A DNA stretch of 63,805 nt, filler included, from Octopus bimaculoides (Eukaryota), in assembly GCF_001194135.2 (NCBI RefSeq). It is 5 parts of 5 records of this genome, joined end to end, with 100 filler letters (N's around TTAATTAATTAA, not from the genome) between each part and the next. Parts side by side here need not be neighbours in the genome. Positions count along the whole stretch, not along the records: positions 1 to 29,366 come from NC_068983.1; 4 more parts are not named here. The stretch is one strand, 5' to 3'. The notes under the pieces are model-generated. The model had not been told where the DNA came from. It saw nothing but the letters and a program-made list of their open reading frames with translations, and ran no database searches. Shown piece by piece: positions 1-13,581 of this stretch. The translations under genes and the position numbers were made by a program. The first letter of the stretch is position 1. Every line of letters starts with the position of its first letter.

Positions 1-16
1 TATATATACATATATA

Positions 17-179
17 CGACGAGCTTCTTTCATTTTCCGTCTACCAAATCCACTCACAAGGCCTTGGTCGGCCCGAGGCTATAGTAGAAGACACTTGCCC
101 AAGGTGCCACGCAGTGGAACTGAACCCGGAACCATGAGGTTGGTTAGTAAGCTACTTACCACACAGCCACTCCTGCGCC

Positions 180-180
<1 letters not shown>
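17..180 (-). mobile_element. SINE family A, 5' half (tRNA-like head, CORE-like ccttgggcaagtgtctt segment)
   Basis: Near-identical to copies at 28540-28697, 32355-32510, 53795-53945 and 63573-63700. Confidence 0.85.
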
Positions 181-251
<71 letters not shown>

Positions 252-266
252 CATCATTTTTATGGT

Positions 267-722
267 ACGGCAGCGAGCTTTCCTGAATCGTTAACACGCC
301 GGGCAATTTGCCTAGCGGCATATCGTCCGTCTTTACGTTGTGAGTTCAAATTCTGCCGACGACGACTTTGCCTGTCTATCATTCTTTCGTCGTCGATTAA
401 ATAAGTACCAGTTACGGACTGGAATCGATGTAATCGACTTAAAACCCTTCTTGCAAATTTGAGGGTTTGTGCTTCCAGGAGAAAGGATTATTATTATAAT
501 TATAATACGATGGCGAGCGGGCAGAATCGTTAGCCCGCCGGACATAATGCTTAGCGGCATTTCGTCCGTCTTTATGTTCTGAATTAAAATTCTACCGGGG
601 TCAAATTTGCCTTTCATTCTTCCGGGTTCGATAAATTAAGTACTAGTGAATCACCGGGGTCGATGTAATCGAGTGTTGCCCCTTCCAAAAAAATTTGAGG
701 CCTCGGCCTCCCTCAAGTCGAA
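267..722 (+). mobile_element. Two head-to-tail copies of tRNA-derived SINE family B
   Basis: A-box-like GGCAGAATCG, B-box-like GAGTTCAAATTC, shared body gtcgactttgcctttcatcctttcggggtcgataaa, and (ATT)n tails. Confidence 0.85.
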
Positions 723-731
723 AATATCATC

Positions 732-817
<86 letters not shown>

Positions 818-1701
818 CGATGTAATCTACTAGACTCCTCCCTCGACATTCCTGGTTTTATGCCGAAATTTGAATCCATTGTTATTATCGAATAAGAGAG
901 CATTTCACGTTAGGGTACAAATATATGAAAGTATCTGTCGGATAAGTGTACATCTGGCACATGTATTACATCCATATGTACGCGATGTGCTGATCTCATA
1001 TCAAGATCAAGATGAACAGCTCATGACTTTGCAGGTGAGGTTCAGTTAGAATTCCCTTTAAGTCGAGGAGCTCATTCTCTTCAAAATATCCCTAAATAAC
1101 GGTTGTTTACGGATAATTAGCGAAACACCCATGTTTCCAGTGGTAAATTGTTAAAATCCCCAAACATTTCTCTCAACAAATAGTTATGATGCTCTCTTAC
1201 TACTCCTGCTCGTGGTCAGAGATGCACACATTGTCAACCACTAAGCGACCTGCTGAATTCGCTAAAATTGCAGAGTGGAATTTCATCCCTCTATATGTTC
1301 GAAGTTCAAATTTCACCCTTCGACTTTGCCTTTCGCTATTTCAGGGTCAATGGAATAGGTACTATGTGAGCACTGGGGTCGATGTAATCGACTAGCCCCT
1401 CACCGAAAATTGCTTCCCTTATGCGTATAATAGAACAATATTTATTTCTCTGAGGCGGAGAGCTCGCAGAATCTTTAGCACGCCGAGCAAAATGCTTAGC
1501 TGTATTTCTTGTGACATTACATTCTGAGTTCGAATACAGCCTGAGTCGACGTTACCTCTCATCCTTGACAGCTGTCTGGACAGCTACACTGTGTACCTCG
1601 CGTCAGGTGTCGAAGTGATTGCAGACCAACGCGTGATGAAGCGTTTTCCTCAAGAACACAACGCATCACTCGCTCTAGGTATTCAAATCACGATCACTAG
1701 A

Positions 1702-1798
<97 letters not shown>

Positions 1799-1810
1799 AA
1801 TAATAATAAT

Positions 1811-2025
1811 CCTTTCTAATGTAGGTACAAAGCCTGGAATTTTGGGGAGGGGGATAGCCGATTACATCGACTCCCCAGTACTCAACTGGTACTTAATTTA
1901 TTGACCCCGAAAGGATGAAAGGCAAAGTTGAACTGGGCGGAATTTGCACTCAGAACGTAACGGCAGACGAAATACCGCTAAGGATTTCGCCCGGCGTGCT
2001 TTCGTTTCTGCCAGTTCGCAGCCTT
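1811..2025 (-). mobile_element. SINE family B copy
   Basis: Reverse complement of the 267-722 copies. Further copies lie at about 1270-1560, 2830-3020, 11330-11480, 14395-14610, 30450-30540, 37618-37770, 38390-38570 and 62325-62435. Confidence 0.85.
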
Positions 2026-4823
2026 AATAATGATAACAATTATTTCATTGGTTGATATTTCTGCCAAAAGAATACATTTGATAGGTATAAGTGTGTATAA
2101 GTCTAACCACGTGCTTAATTTATCTTGAACGTAGCTTTGAAATTTGATCTCCATGATTGAAATGCAAGATTTCCGTCTTTTACAATGCAAATTGGAAGCA
2201 ACCAGTTTCATCAATCCCTATGTAAAAGAGCCGTGCCTTTCTTAATTTTGTTTGCCTTTTGATGAGTGGTTTCCTTGCTACTTCTCTTTATTGTTTGGAG
2301 ATCTCTGATGAGGCAAAACTAGTCACTTCCATGCTAATTTCAATCTCTCTGATTTAAATACCTTAACTTATTTCCCAGTGAGACTAAATACATATTCATT
2401 ACGCATGTAGATATGATTCCGTGTGCATTATAAGGAACTCTGTGTAAAATAATGGTCAGACAGTGACGACGAGGCACGATAAAAAGACAAATCTTTGACC
2501 CGAGTGGAGGAAAATCTATTCTTTCCATTCTGAATGTCAATCATTGCATAGAGAGGCAAGAATATAAATAATCATTCGTACGAACGGGGAAAGAAAAGAG
2601 GTTTGGACAGCCTTTGATCTCGTTCATTATTCATTTTCTGTTTAACTCATTCCATGGCCGATTTCGATAGTCACGTCTGTGGAATCGTTAAAATCAATAA
2701 TGGTAAGACGATTTGATCAACAACAACACACGCTTCTGCTATAAATTTGTAGCAATGCGTCGATATAGAACGTCAAACTTCGTTATTGTCCTTTCTTTTT
2801 TTTTCCTATCAACATCAGTTTCAAATTTTTATACAAGGCCAATCATTTTAGGCGAGAGATTTAAGTCGATCACATCGTCCTTAGTAGTCAACTGGTATTT
2901 ATTTAATCCACTTCGGAAGGATAAGAAGCAAAGTCGAAATTTGAACTCAGAACGTGCAGACGGAAGAAATGTTGCCCAGCAATTTTCCTGGGGTGCTAAT
3001 GATTCTACCAGCTGGCGGCCTTCCTAGTGATACTGTTACAAGAATCATCACTGCCACCAAAACCATTACAACTACTATAGCTATAATTAGTCGTACGCTT
3101 GCACAAATGTATGTGTGTGTATGCGTGTATGTGTGTGTATGCACGCACGCACTCTCTCTCACACACACAGACACACGCGCGCGTGCACACACATTCTTTT
3201 ATTCGTTAACTTGTTTCAGTCATTCGACTGCTGGCATGCTGGAGCACTGATTAAAGGGTTTTAGTCGAAGTATTCGCCCCCAGGACTTAATCATTTGAAG
3301 CCTAGTACTTATTCTTTCGCTACCTCTTGCCGAACCACTAAGTTGTGCGGGCCATAAACACATCAGCATCTGTTGTCAAGCGATGGCGGGGAACAAATAG
3401 ACATGCGCGCATAAATGATGTAACTTAGTGGTTTGGCAAAAAAAAAACGATACAATAATTACTAGGCTTAAAAAATAAGTTCTGGGATCGATTTGTTCGA
3501 TTAAAAACCCTTCAATGCGGTGCGGTACTCTAACGTAGCCGCAGTCAAATGACTGAAACACATAGCAATAAATGTATATNNNNNNNNNNNNNNNNNNNNN
3601 NNNNNNNNNNNNNNNNNNNNNNNNNNNNNNNNNNNNNNNNNNNNNNNNNNNNNNNNNNNNNNNNNNNNNNNNNNNNNNNNNNNNNNNNNNNNNNNNNNNN
3701 NNNNNNNNNNNNNNNNNNNNNNNNNNNNNNNNNNNNNNNNNNNNNNNNTATATATATATATATATTTCCATTCTGCCTCAGAGAAAACTGAACGTACTTT
3801 TCATCACATGTAAATGTATAGATGTACTTGCTTATATGGTTAAGTTTATACACAGACCTCTATACTTTCAAGCCTTTAATTTTGGCACGTTTCTCACTTG
3901 ATAAACTGTATCCAGCATCATCTAATATTTAATAGTGTCGAAATGATATACAGAATAAAAACATTTATAAAATTCCTGATTCGTGACAAGTTCTTTGCTA
4001 CCAAATCATATAATTACTACTATATGCTATTTTGTTGGTCTTTATTTATTTATTTGTTTATTTATTCATTTACTTGTTATTCAACCTTCGTGAAAGTAGC
4101 AATTGCATAGCTTAGTTGAATTGCTTGCCTGTAGACGAAATATTGTTTTCATTATCACTGTCTTTTAGCGTTGGTTGAGTTGTTAGTGTTGCTGTCTTGA
4201 ATTATTAATCGATTCGGCGTTATTATTATTATTTTTTTTTTGTCTTGTTAGTTTTCAATCAACTTAAAAAATAACATGACAAGACTTTAATTACACAAGT
4301 AACGCTATGTTATTGTTGATGTTTCCGTCATCACAGCACCCATAACTCCACCGTTAGGAAAAAAAAAATATTGTTGTCATCATTATCATCATTATCATGA
4401 ATTCTATCATGTTGATCAATAATGATATTTTGCATTATGCACAAGGTCAAGAATTCGTAGGTGTGTACTTGGAAGTGTGAAATACATGCATTTTTGTTTC
4501 CATAATGTAATAATCAGCATAACTACCATGAATTGGCTCCCACTAAGAAGCAAATCCGCATCACGGACTCACTTCACTAGGATATTGCTGCATGCTACGC
4601 TGTGCTCATCACGAGTATCAATGTAATACAAATATTTTTCTTCATTTTCTACTTAATTTGTTATGGAAACAACACAGTTTTGTTTTAATTTTTACTTTTA
4701 AATGATCAAATCATTTAAATTATTTATATATTTAATTATATTTTCATTATTCTTTTCAGTTTTAACCAGTAATACAACTTGCTGTAATCTTCACCGACTA
4801 AATGCTGCCGGAAACTGTCCTTG

Positions 4824-5129
4824 ATGGGTTTCCGAGATGACTTGCAGTTTTGGCAAACCTTTCCCTGCCCTCCACCCTGGAATAAGGACCTTTTCTTCCA
4901 AGTTAACTGGACTCGCTGCCTGGGTGTGCATACCGGCTGCGAAATACAACATGCAGTGGCCAAGAGATGTGATATCATTGTCAACGATGTGCAGGAATGC
5001 AACGATATTCACATGGCAGGTGCCACAAACGCTTTGGAAGCATGTAATCAGGAATGCCGACTCATTATCGGTTTTGTCGTTGTTATCGTCGTTGCTGTGG
5101 TTGGAGCTTCGTATCTCGTCTGCAAGTAA
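4824..5129 (+). CDS. Orphan 101-aa Cys-containing ORF or exon with a C-terminal transmembrane segment
   Basis: GC-richer island with coding-like third-position bias, ending LIIGFVVVIVVAVVGASYLVCK*. It is flanked by an acceptor (tcttttcAG, 4759) and a donor (AA|GTAAG after 5125). No family recognised. Confidence 0.45.
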   Translation: MGFRDDLQFWQTFPCPPPWNKDLFFQVNWTRCLGVHTGCEIQHAVAKRCDIIVNDVQECNDIHMAGATNALEACNQECRLIIGFVVVIVVAVVGASYLVCK

Positions 5130-6659
5130 GCCATAATTATTCATTTTTTTATTATTATTATTACTTTCTTTGATTTTTCAGATAGTTGTCATTTTTTTCA
5201 GTGAATCTAATTAGATTAATGGCACGAAATCTATCACACTTTATCATTTTCAAATAATAAAACATCGCACTGTCAAAATTTATCTTTTGTCATGTAATGA
5301 AATCTATGATAAGTCTAAGAATTGTACTCACTTTGTCAACGCTCTAGTGATAGTAATGACATATGTGTGTTTTTTATTTGGTTGTAAACTTACACAAAAT
5401 CAATCACTCTATACAAATTACCACTGACGAAAACCAGACTAAGAATATTCAAAGAAAAGTAACAGTTTAGTTTACCATTTCGTAGAATGCCACGTAGCAA
5501 CAGTTGCCCAGGAGACCACAACGACCGGCCCATTGATCCTTCACACACAAAAAATAAATGTTAAAATTTTATTTCTGTTGTATTTACTATCGCAGTCTGA
5601 AGGGTAGTTTTGCATTAGATATGTATTATATATGTAATAATTGAATTATATATTATGTACTTTATTGTGTTTTGTTCTGCGTGTAATTCCCCCTTGCATG
5701 AAACCGAACCGTGCTTGCAAAAGAACACAAATATGTAGTGGACCGCTGTTGGAAACACTAATTTATAATGTTTTATTGTACAAGCGACAGAAATTCAGAC
5801 ATTGAAATTTATTGATATTTGACGCTCGGTTGATAGTTTGTAATCTTGTGAATAATACAGTTATAATTACATTGATAATACCAAGTAACCGACATATGTG
5901 CACTTTATGTAATATTTCAGTTTTTGAAATTTGATTTATAATTCAGTTATATTATGAACTTGTATTACATAAATCAAATTCAGTTATTTGTTATTCATAT
6001 CATGTTTAAGTCATATTGTTAACGGACATAACCTTATAAACATACTCACATTTAAAGGAAGATAATATGACATCATGAGACATACTATCAAAAGACTTTC
6101 ATAGCAGTGAGTCAATTGCTTAAAAACGTATTGAAACCACACGATGTTCTGCATGGGATAAGATTTCATATTCATCGATTACTTCTCAAGGATCTTTTTA
6201 CCAAATTATATATATCACAAGTATCTACAATGTTTTGTTTTAAAGATTAATTTGTTTCTATATTTTCGAATTTGAACATCTACATTTAAATTTTCATTTC
6301 AAATATTTTGTATATTCAGGTATTTTATAATTCTAACTGGAGTTTTTATGAAACTATGCTTTCACAAGTTCCTTAAGTATGATATTGTTACACACAACGG
6401 AATTACGAATTAATGACCAGGCCAATCTCGAATCCCGTAGCAACGTATTATGAGTGAAATAATGGTATTAGGATCTTTATGACGCATACAAGTTAGAATG
6501 AATTCCTATGAATAATTAATATATAAATATACAAGGATTTCAGATTATATTTAATAATGCAGCTCAATGAAGTCTTGTAAACATTACTAAATATATTACC
6601 AATTAGTTTTATATTACTATTATTTTTATTATTGTTATATATGTATAATGATAATAATG

Positions 6660-6710
<51 letters not shown>

Positions 6711-7003
6711 TACCCAAGGCGCACAGAGCTGCGCTCGGTAGTGAAGTGAAAGCACGTTATAAAAATAAAACTACTGAACAATAATAATAATAATAAAAGA
6801 AAGTAAAGAGTTATGAAATTTCAGACAAATTATTATCAATCGCATACACGTATCATTTTATTTCCAATTCCGTTTCATGATGTTAACTAATTAATTTCAA
6901 TTGCATTTCAATTATTCACATTTTCTTCTTTCCTCTACTTATATGTTTCAGAAGAGTATAATAGTACACAATGTTCTTTCAGTATNNNNNNNNNNNNNNN
7001 NNN

Positions 7004-7041
<38 letters not shown>

Positions 7042-9109
7042 TATGTATGAATACAAATTGGTTTAGTAATGCAAACAGGAAAGTAGAATTCAAATGTTGC
7101 GTGTGAGTGTGTGAGAGAGAGAGAGAGAGTGAGTGTGTGTGTGTGTGTGTGTGTATACTTGTGTGTGTACGCATTCTTTAATAATAATCGGCATAAGCTA
7201 CAGAGTGACTCGCGGCCCGAGGGTTTCATGCATTGGACCTCGGTAGAATAATAGAGGTTAATAGTATTGTTTTCCAAGTACTCTTTACTCTGCTCTCCAC
7301 CAACACATCTTTCTACCCTGTACGTGAGAAATTCTATATATATGTATAAACGCTTTATTCAATGCACGTCAATGTGTTTAAAAAATATTTCCTTGTTTTT
7401 ACGATGCTCATGAGATCAGAGATCAACTAAACAGCATGACTGACTGTACTAGATTCCTCAATGAACGAAGCTCCGGTCCTTGGCAGGGTTACTCACAACT
7501 GTAAAACGTACTGAATTTCAAGTGACTACTGAATGAAGCACGTTAAATAAAGTACCTTGCTGAAAGATTCAAGAATACAACATGTTGCTTGGTGCAAGGA
7601 TCGAAACCTTGACCTAAAGTTCGTGATCACCAAATCTTAATTAAAGCAATCGCCTTTACTCTCTGCTAGTTACTGATACTTTATAGTTTGCACCTGACTA
7701 TTGCAGAAAACATTGTATGCATAGCATTGTTATCAGTTGTAATCTAATATGGTTAAAATAATGATACACTTTACTAAAACTAACTACTTATACTAACACT
7801 GTGAAAACAGAGCGAAATACCAATTCCGCATGAAAACGTTATATATTTTGTATGCAACAGGCTGATTCGGATATAGATTATATGAATAATTAATGTAGGC
7901 AGATGCACTGGGATTGTATCTGAACTATTGCCCAGTGGCAATAACCTTGAAATCTAAACTGAATAGTACTCGACAAAAGAATCCGACATACGCATCTCTT
8001 ATTTATACGTTATTTTTGCATCAAAGAAATGATAATCATAAAATTCTGGTCCTCGCCAATGGGTAAATATTGTCCATAAAACAAAATTACGATTGTTTTT
8101 AGCACGGGCTTGTTTGTGTGGATGAACAACTATCTTTGCGACCGTGTGGTTTCGGGTTCAGTTTCACTGTTCGGCACATTGGACATGTGCCTTCTACTAT
8201 GGCCGCAAGCCGACTGGCACTTTTTGAGTGAAGTTGGTAGACGGAAACTCTGCAGAAGCCCGTCATATATATGCATACATATGTATGTGTGCATCATTAT
8301 GTTTGCGTGTGTCCTCTACCCACCACTTCACAACGTGTGTCGGCTATTTTATGCCGCCGTAACTTAGCTGTTTGGTTAAATGTTTCGATAAAATAAGTGC
8401 CTGACTTTAAGAAAATAAGTTTTGGGATCGAGTGCTTCGTCCAGACTCTTCAACACAGGTGTCCAAGCATGGCAGGAATCCAATTACTGTATCAGATAAA
8501 AGATAAAAGATAAAAGAGTCAATTTAACTGATGTATATTTGTTATGAATTTCAAAGATATTTACTTATTCAAACAAAGCAGTATTTATAATTGTGTTGCT
8601 TCGTATCTGTAGTCACGTGATCTTTCCTTTTTATACGGTATCGAATTGCTCCAAGATATCCATTCAAACAGAGAAATAGGCTATTATCAATTTGTTTCAA
8701 CTTAAGATGTTGAAGTTTTACTACATGCTGTGATAACGGGATGATATTAATCCACTTCTCCAATTGTCTGATGCACGGGAAAAGTCAGTTGGAATTTTTT
8801 CTAAGTTTGAAAATATGATCATGCTGTAAATGTCTACGTGCAAAAAGTAATTTCCCTCAGTCAGCCAAATTTGGGTGGGGAAGTGTAAAACAAAAATAAT
8901 AAAATTCATGAAATGTTGTGCTTTGAGGAAGCAGGAACGTCCAATATATATCGGACAGAACCCTTCGACAATATATATCGGACACAACCGTCTGAGATAC
9001 ACTTTGACTTACTTGTCTCCAAATTTGATAAATCACGTACAAGTAATTGCCTGTAATCTCTCTGAATAAATGTCTGTTTTTCTGCCATTGTAAAATATTT
9101 GGTTTTAAA

Positions 9110-9510
9110 TTTTGGTACAAGGCCAGCATATTCGGGTAGATGTTGGTTCGATCACATTGACCCCTGCATTCTACTGGTACTTATTTTATCGATTCCAAAG
9201 CGGATGAAAAACAAAGTCGATCTCAGCAGAATGACAAAATACCGCAAAGCATTTCCCCCGGTGTGCTAACGATTCTTATTTCTTTATTTCTTTATTGCCC
9301 ACCAGGGGCTAAATATAGAGGGGACAAACAAGGACATAGAAAGGGATTAAGTCGATTACACTGACCCCAGAGCGTAACTGGTACTTAATTTATCGACCCC
9401 GAAAGGATGAAAGGCAAAGTCGACCACTGCGGAATTTGAACTCAGAACGTAAAGACAGACGAAATACCGCTAAGCATTTCGCCCGGTGTGCTAACGATTC
9501 TGCCAGATTG
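9110..9510 (-). mobile_element. Tandem pair of SINE family B copies
   Basis: Two colinear minus-strand copies; the second is nearly complete. Confidence 0.85.
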
Positions 9511-11128
9511 CCACACTTGTACCAATATAAAATATTAACATCAGCATTATTATTATTGTTCATGCTGTTCTGTTCAAATTATGTGTGTCTCTTTTGCATT
9601 TCTCCTATCGTGGTGTCGAAAAACTGATCCCTGCCAAATCTTGGAAGTCCATTTAATTGATTATAGAAGAGACCGTCATCTTTATTATTGTTGAGGCTGA
9701 TATTGTTTGTGCTGTTCATACTGTTGTTATAGAGATATTAGCGGCCTCATGCGGAAACGCGCTGTACTTAATGAGATTTCCTGTTTTTAAATTAAGCATG
9801 AAGCCACATATTTACATTCAAGGAACGTGACGATTTGACATGTTTCAAGCTCCCAAGAAATTAGGAAAACAAGTGAAGCGGTAAATCTACTAATAGGGAA
9901 CGTTATCGAAAACAAAGTCTACTGCAATAAGAAGGGCCATAGTGATTTCAGTGTCCGACGAAATCACGTATGGAACTAGTAAAACCGAATTTCTGCTGGA
10001 TTTCAACTTACGATTCTGAAGTTTAGACGTGAAAATATTATTCGCATTCAGGTCACGTGCATTAGTAAAAGTTGATATTCAAGCTGAGAAGAGAATAAGG
10101 AAAAGAGAGATGACGAGTCCCAAGCTATCAGTTGCCTTGTATAATTCGTGAGCATTATTAGATATCAGAATAGCACAGCATTGTTTGATAAGTGATAAAT
10201 TTAACCGACTGGGCAATTCAAATGCTAGGCCGAACACGTTAGAATTTGAAAGCAGATGTGTAAGACGCTAGTTGGTATGTTATGGTTTTGATTTACTCGT
10301 TCAGAAAAATAAGAATATTTACAATATAAATAACAACAACTGAATAATGCACTATTTTATTACCAAATATTTCGAAATTTATCGTTTCGTAATGAAGAAA
10401 TGCAGACAAAAAAAAGAAGAACCTATCTATGAAATTGCAGAGAATTCCTTAACTTTTGGATTTACGTTTTTATCCTGCTATTTTGACATTTACTTTGTTT
10501 CACATTCCAGTCTGAATGCAATAACTTTTCCTAGCTGCTCCTAAAATAAAGTCCATCTGTTTGACAAGGGTCGTGCCCCTTTAGTTAATATATACCGGAT
10601 ATACAACCTATATGAAATGTTTCCAAGTGACATAAATCTCTTTTTCTGTCAGCAATAGACTAACCTAACTTCACTCACTCAAAAGTATTAGTTGCCACCT
10701 TCAATTGTGTTTTTGTTTCATCCGACCTCTTCTTCTTTCTGTCTTTCATATTTTATGTATTAACTACTACGATTGTTTTCTGTCATGAATAGTCATGATG
10801 TCGAAGACGATGATGATTGATGATGATGTTGGTGGTGACGATGGCGACGACGATGACGACACGAATGCTCTGTACAAAGAGAATAATTTTTGGTTTAAAA
10901 TACATAGGAAAAAAAAACACAATCACCTAACATCATCATCATCATCGCGAGGAGAAGGAAGAGTATAAATATGATGTGCTGGTGATAGGAATGCTGTTAT
11001 ATTATTGTAGTAAATTTCTGTTCATATCTTTCTCCATATTCCTGGCCAATTCCTTATTCGTCCTCAATGCCACATGCAAAGCTACGAACATTTCTATTGG
11101 CCTCTTCAGTATGTTTTCTCTTCCTCAA

Positions 11129-11159
<31 letters not shown>

Positions 11160-12098
11160 CTTCTTCTTCTTCTACTGCAACTCTTTACACTTCATGTTCT
11201 CCTCCCCTCCCCCTCCTCCTCTTCTTTCTCCTCCAGAGAAATAGTAAGTCTTTTTGTTAGGGCGGTGCTGAAATTTATCATTCCGGAAAAAAAAAAAACT
11301 GACAAGCTAAGGTGAATTTGGTGAGATTCGAACTCAGTATACACTCAGGGGCAATCAAACAACACAAGGGAGGTAGCCTGTACTGAACTAGTCTTGAACT
11401 GGTACTTATTTTTTCGGCCCCGACAGAAAATTGAATTTCACATAGATGAGTTTCCAGCAGAGTTTGACAGGGGACAAACAGAGCAAAGCATTGTAATCGT
11501 TGTTCTAAGACGATTCGAAGTTACGACCTGTCAGTTGTATATAGCATTGCAAATAATAATTCTGCATTATATATGTACTCGTTGAAAACATTTTAATCGA
11601 ATTTCTTGGCGTTTATATAGAATGATGAAATGAATACTAATTTTAAAACGTAAAATATTTATGACATGAAAATAAAATAAATTTAAGCAGATTTTTGATT
11701 TGTATATTTTACAATAAATAAGTGTAACTATTTTTCTAAATTTTATGAACGTAATTGCAATCTAATAACTCGAAAACCTATCACTGTAAATTTCATAAAA
11801 ACAGCTCATCTTTCAGAAAATGAGAAAACACTGATCTTATACATCTTAGGTGTGCTCTCTCTCCAAATCTTTTTTGGTATTTTTTTGCTGACTCTCTTCG
11901 TGTTTGGCAGGAGAATCAATCAAACACCAACCCATCATGCATTATGTGGTATGAAGTTTGCTTCGCCACCAGGCGGTGCCGGGTTCAGTTCCACTGCGTG
12001 CCACTTTAAGCAAGTGGGACTAAACGAAAGACCTATGATTGGGTTTGGTAGCCATCATATAAGCGTGTGTGTGTGTGTGCGTGTGCGCACGTGCGTCC

Positions 12099-12132
<34 letters not shown>

Positions 12133-13450
12133 CCCTTACCTACTGCTTGACAACTGGTGTTCATGTGTTTCATTCCCCGTAGAGCAGCGGTTCGGAAAGA
12201 GAGAAAACTAAAATAAGTGGGGCTCATTCATTCGACTACAAATTCTTCAGAAAAATGTTTCGAGCCTAAGCTCTTCAACAAAATGGNNNNNNNNNNNNNN
12301 NNNNNNNNNNNNNNNNNNNNNNNNNNNNNNNNNNNNNNNNNNNNNNNNNNNNNNNNNNNNNNNNNNNNNNNNNNNNNNNNNNNNNNNNNNNNNNNNNNNN
12401 NNNNNNNNNNNNNNNNNNNNNNNNNNNNNNNNNNNNNNNNNNNNNNNNNNNNNNNNNNNNNNNNNNNNNNNNNNNNNNNNNNNNNNNNNNNNNNNNNNNN
12501 NNNNNNNNNNNNNNNNNNNNNNNNNNNNNNNNNNNNNNNNNNNNNNNNNNNNTATATATATAAAGGTTTATATATGTGTGTGTTGATATATATATATATA
12601 TTTATATACATGTTTCTATATATATATATATGTTTCTATATTTATATATTTATATTTGTACATATATATGTGTGTTTATGTATATATTTGTATAATTATA
12701 TATGACACTGACGCAGATAAATATCCACCGGGGTTCATATTAAGAAAATATCAAAGCCTCTTTCTATACATATCAATCAATTTTATTTTAAAAAGAAGCA
12801 AAAAAAATCAGAATAAAAATATAAAGTGCAGCAAGGAATGTACATGCTGCTTGCTATATTACCCAATAACAATCTACGTATTCGATTATAATCCACATAA
12901 ATATAGTTACAGTACAAAAAAAATGTTATATATATAAATGGTTGTGTAAATCAATACATGAATATAGTAAATATCATATAAAACTTCTTCACACTTGGAA
13001 TTTATGGCATAACACTTTGCGATTTTATTAATGAAAAGACACTACGAAACAAATAAAGCAATATTGTTGGCCAAATAAATCATTGATTGTGTTATAAATG
13101 TAAAAGAATGTACAAAAACAAAAACAAAAAAGACAGAAGAAACGATAATACAACACTGAACATTAATACATTAATATACATGCCAAACTGAAATAACATA
13201 TCATTGTCATTATATACATAAATATTTTTTTCCTCGTGTCACACAATCCTTTTGCATGGAAAGGTTTAACCAAATATCTTTTCTGCTTTAAGAGGTAGGC
13301 TACAAGATATTATTCTGGAGAAATGCCATTCATGTCATTCTATTACGTTCAAGTATGTTCTGTTTGCTTTTGGTTTTGTTAATTTAGTTCATTGTTTATT
13401 ACTTTTGCCATATTATCATTATTATTTTTAGTATTATTATTATTATTATG

Positions 13451-13507
<57 letters not shown>

Positions 13508-13542
13508 ATTATTATTATGATCATTATTACTATTATTATCAT

Positions 13543-13581
<39 letters not shown>

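Noticed and set aside
2654-2702. ATG-initiated mini exon MADFDSHVCGIVKINN with a G|GTAAG donor
   Set aside because: Splicing to the 4760 acceptor hits a stop at 4822. At best it is a uORF or UTR exon, and there is no independent evidence.
8942-8989. Two 21-nt direct repeats with a 27-nt period (caatatatatcggaca.aacc)
   Set aside because: Only two units with a 6-nt spacer; a simple local duplication, not CRISPR-like.
11070-11112. Minus-strand CTGAAGA...GAAA hammerhead-like spacing
   Set aside because: No stem I or stem II pairing; expected by chance.
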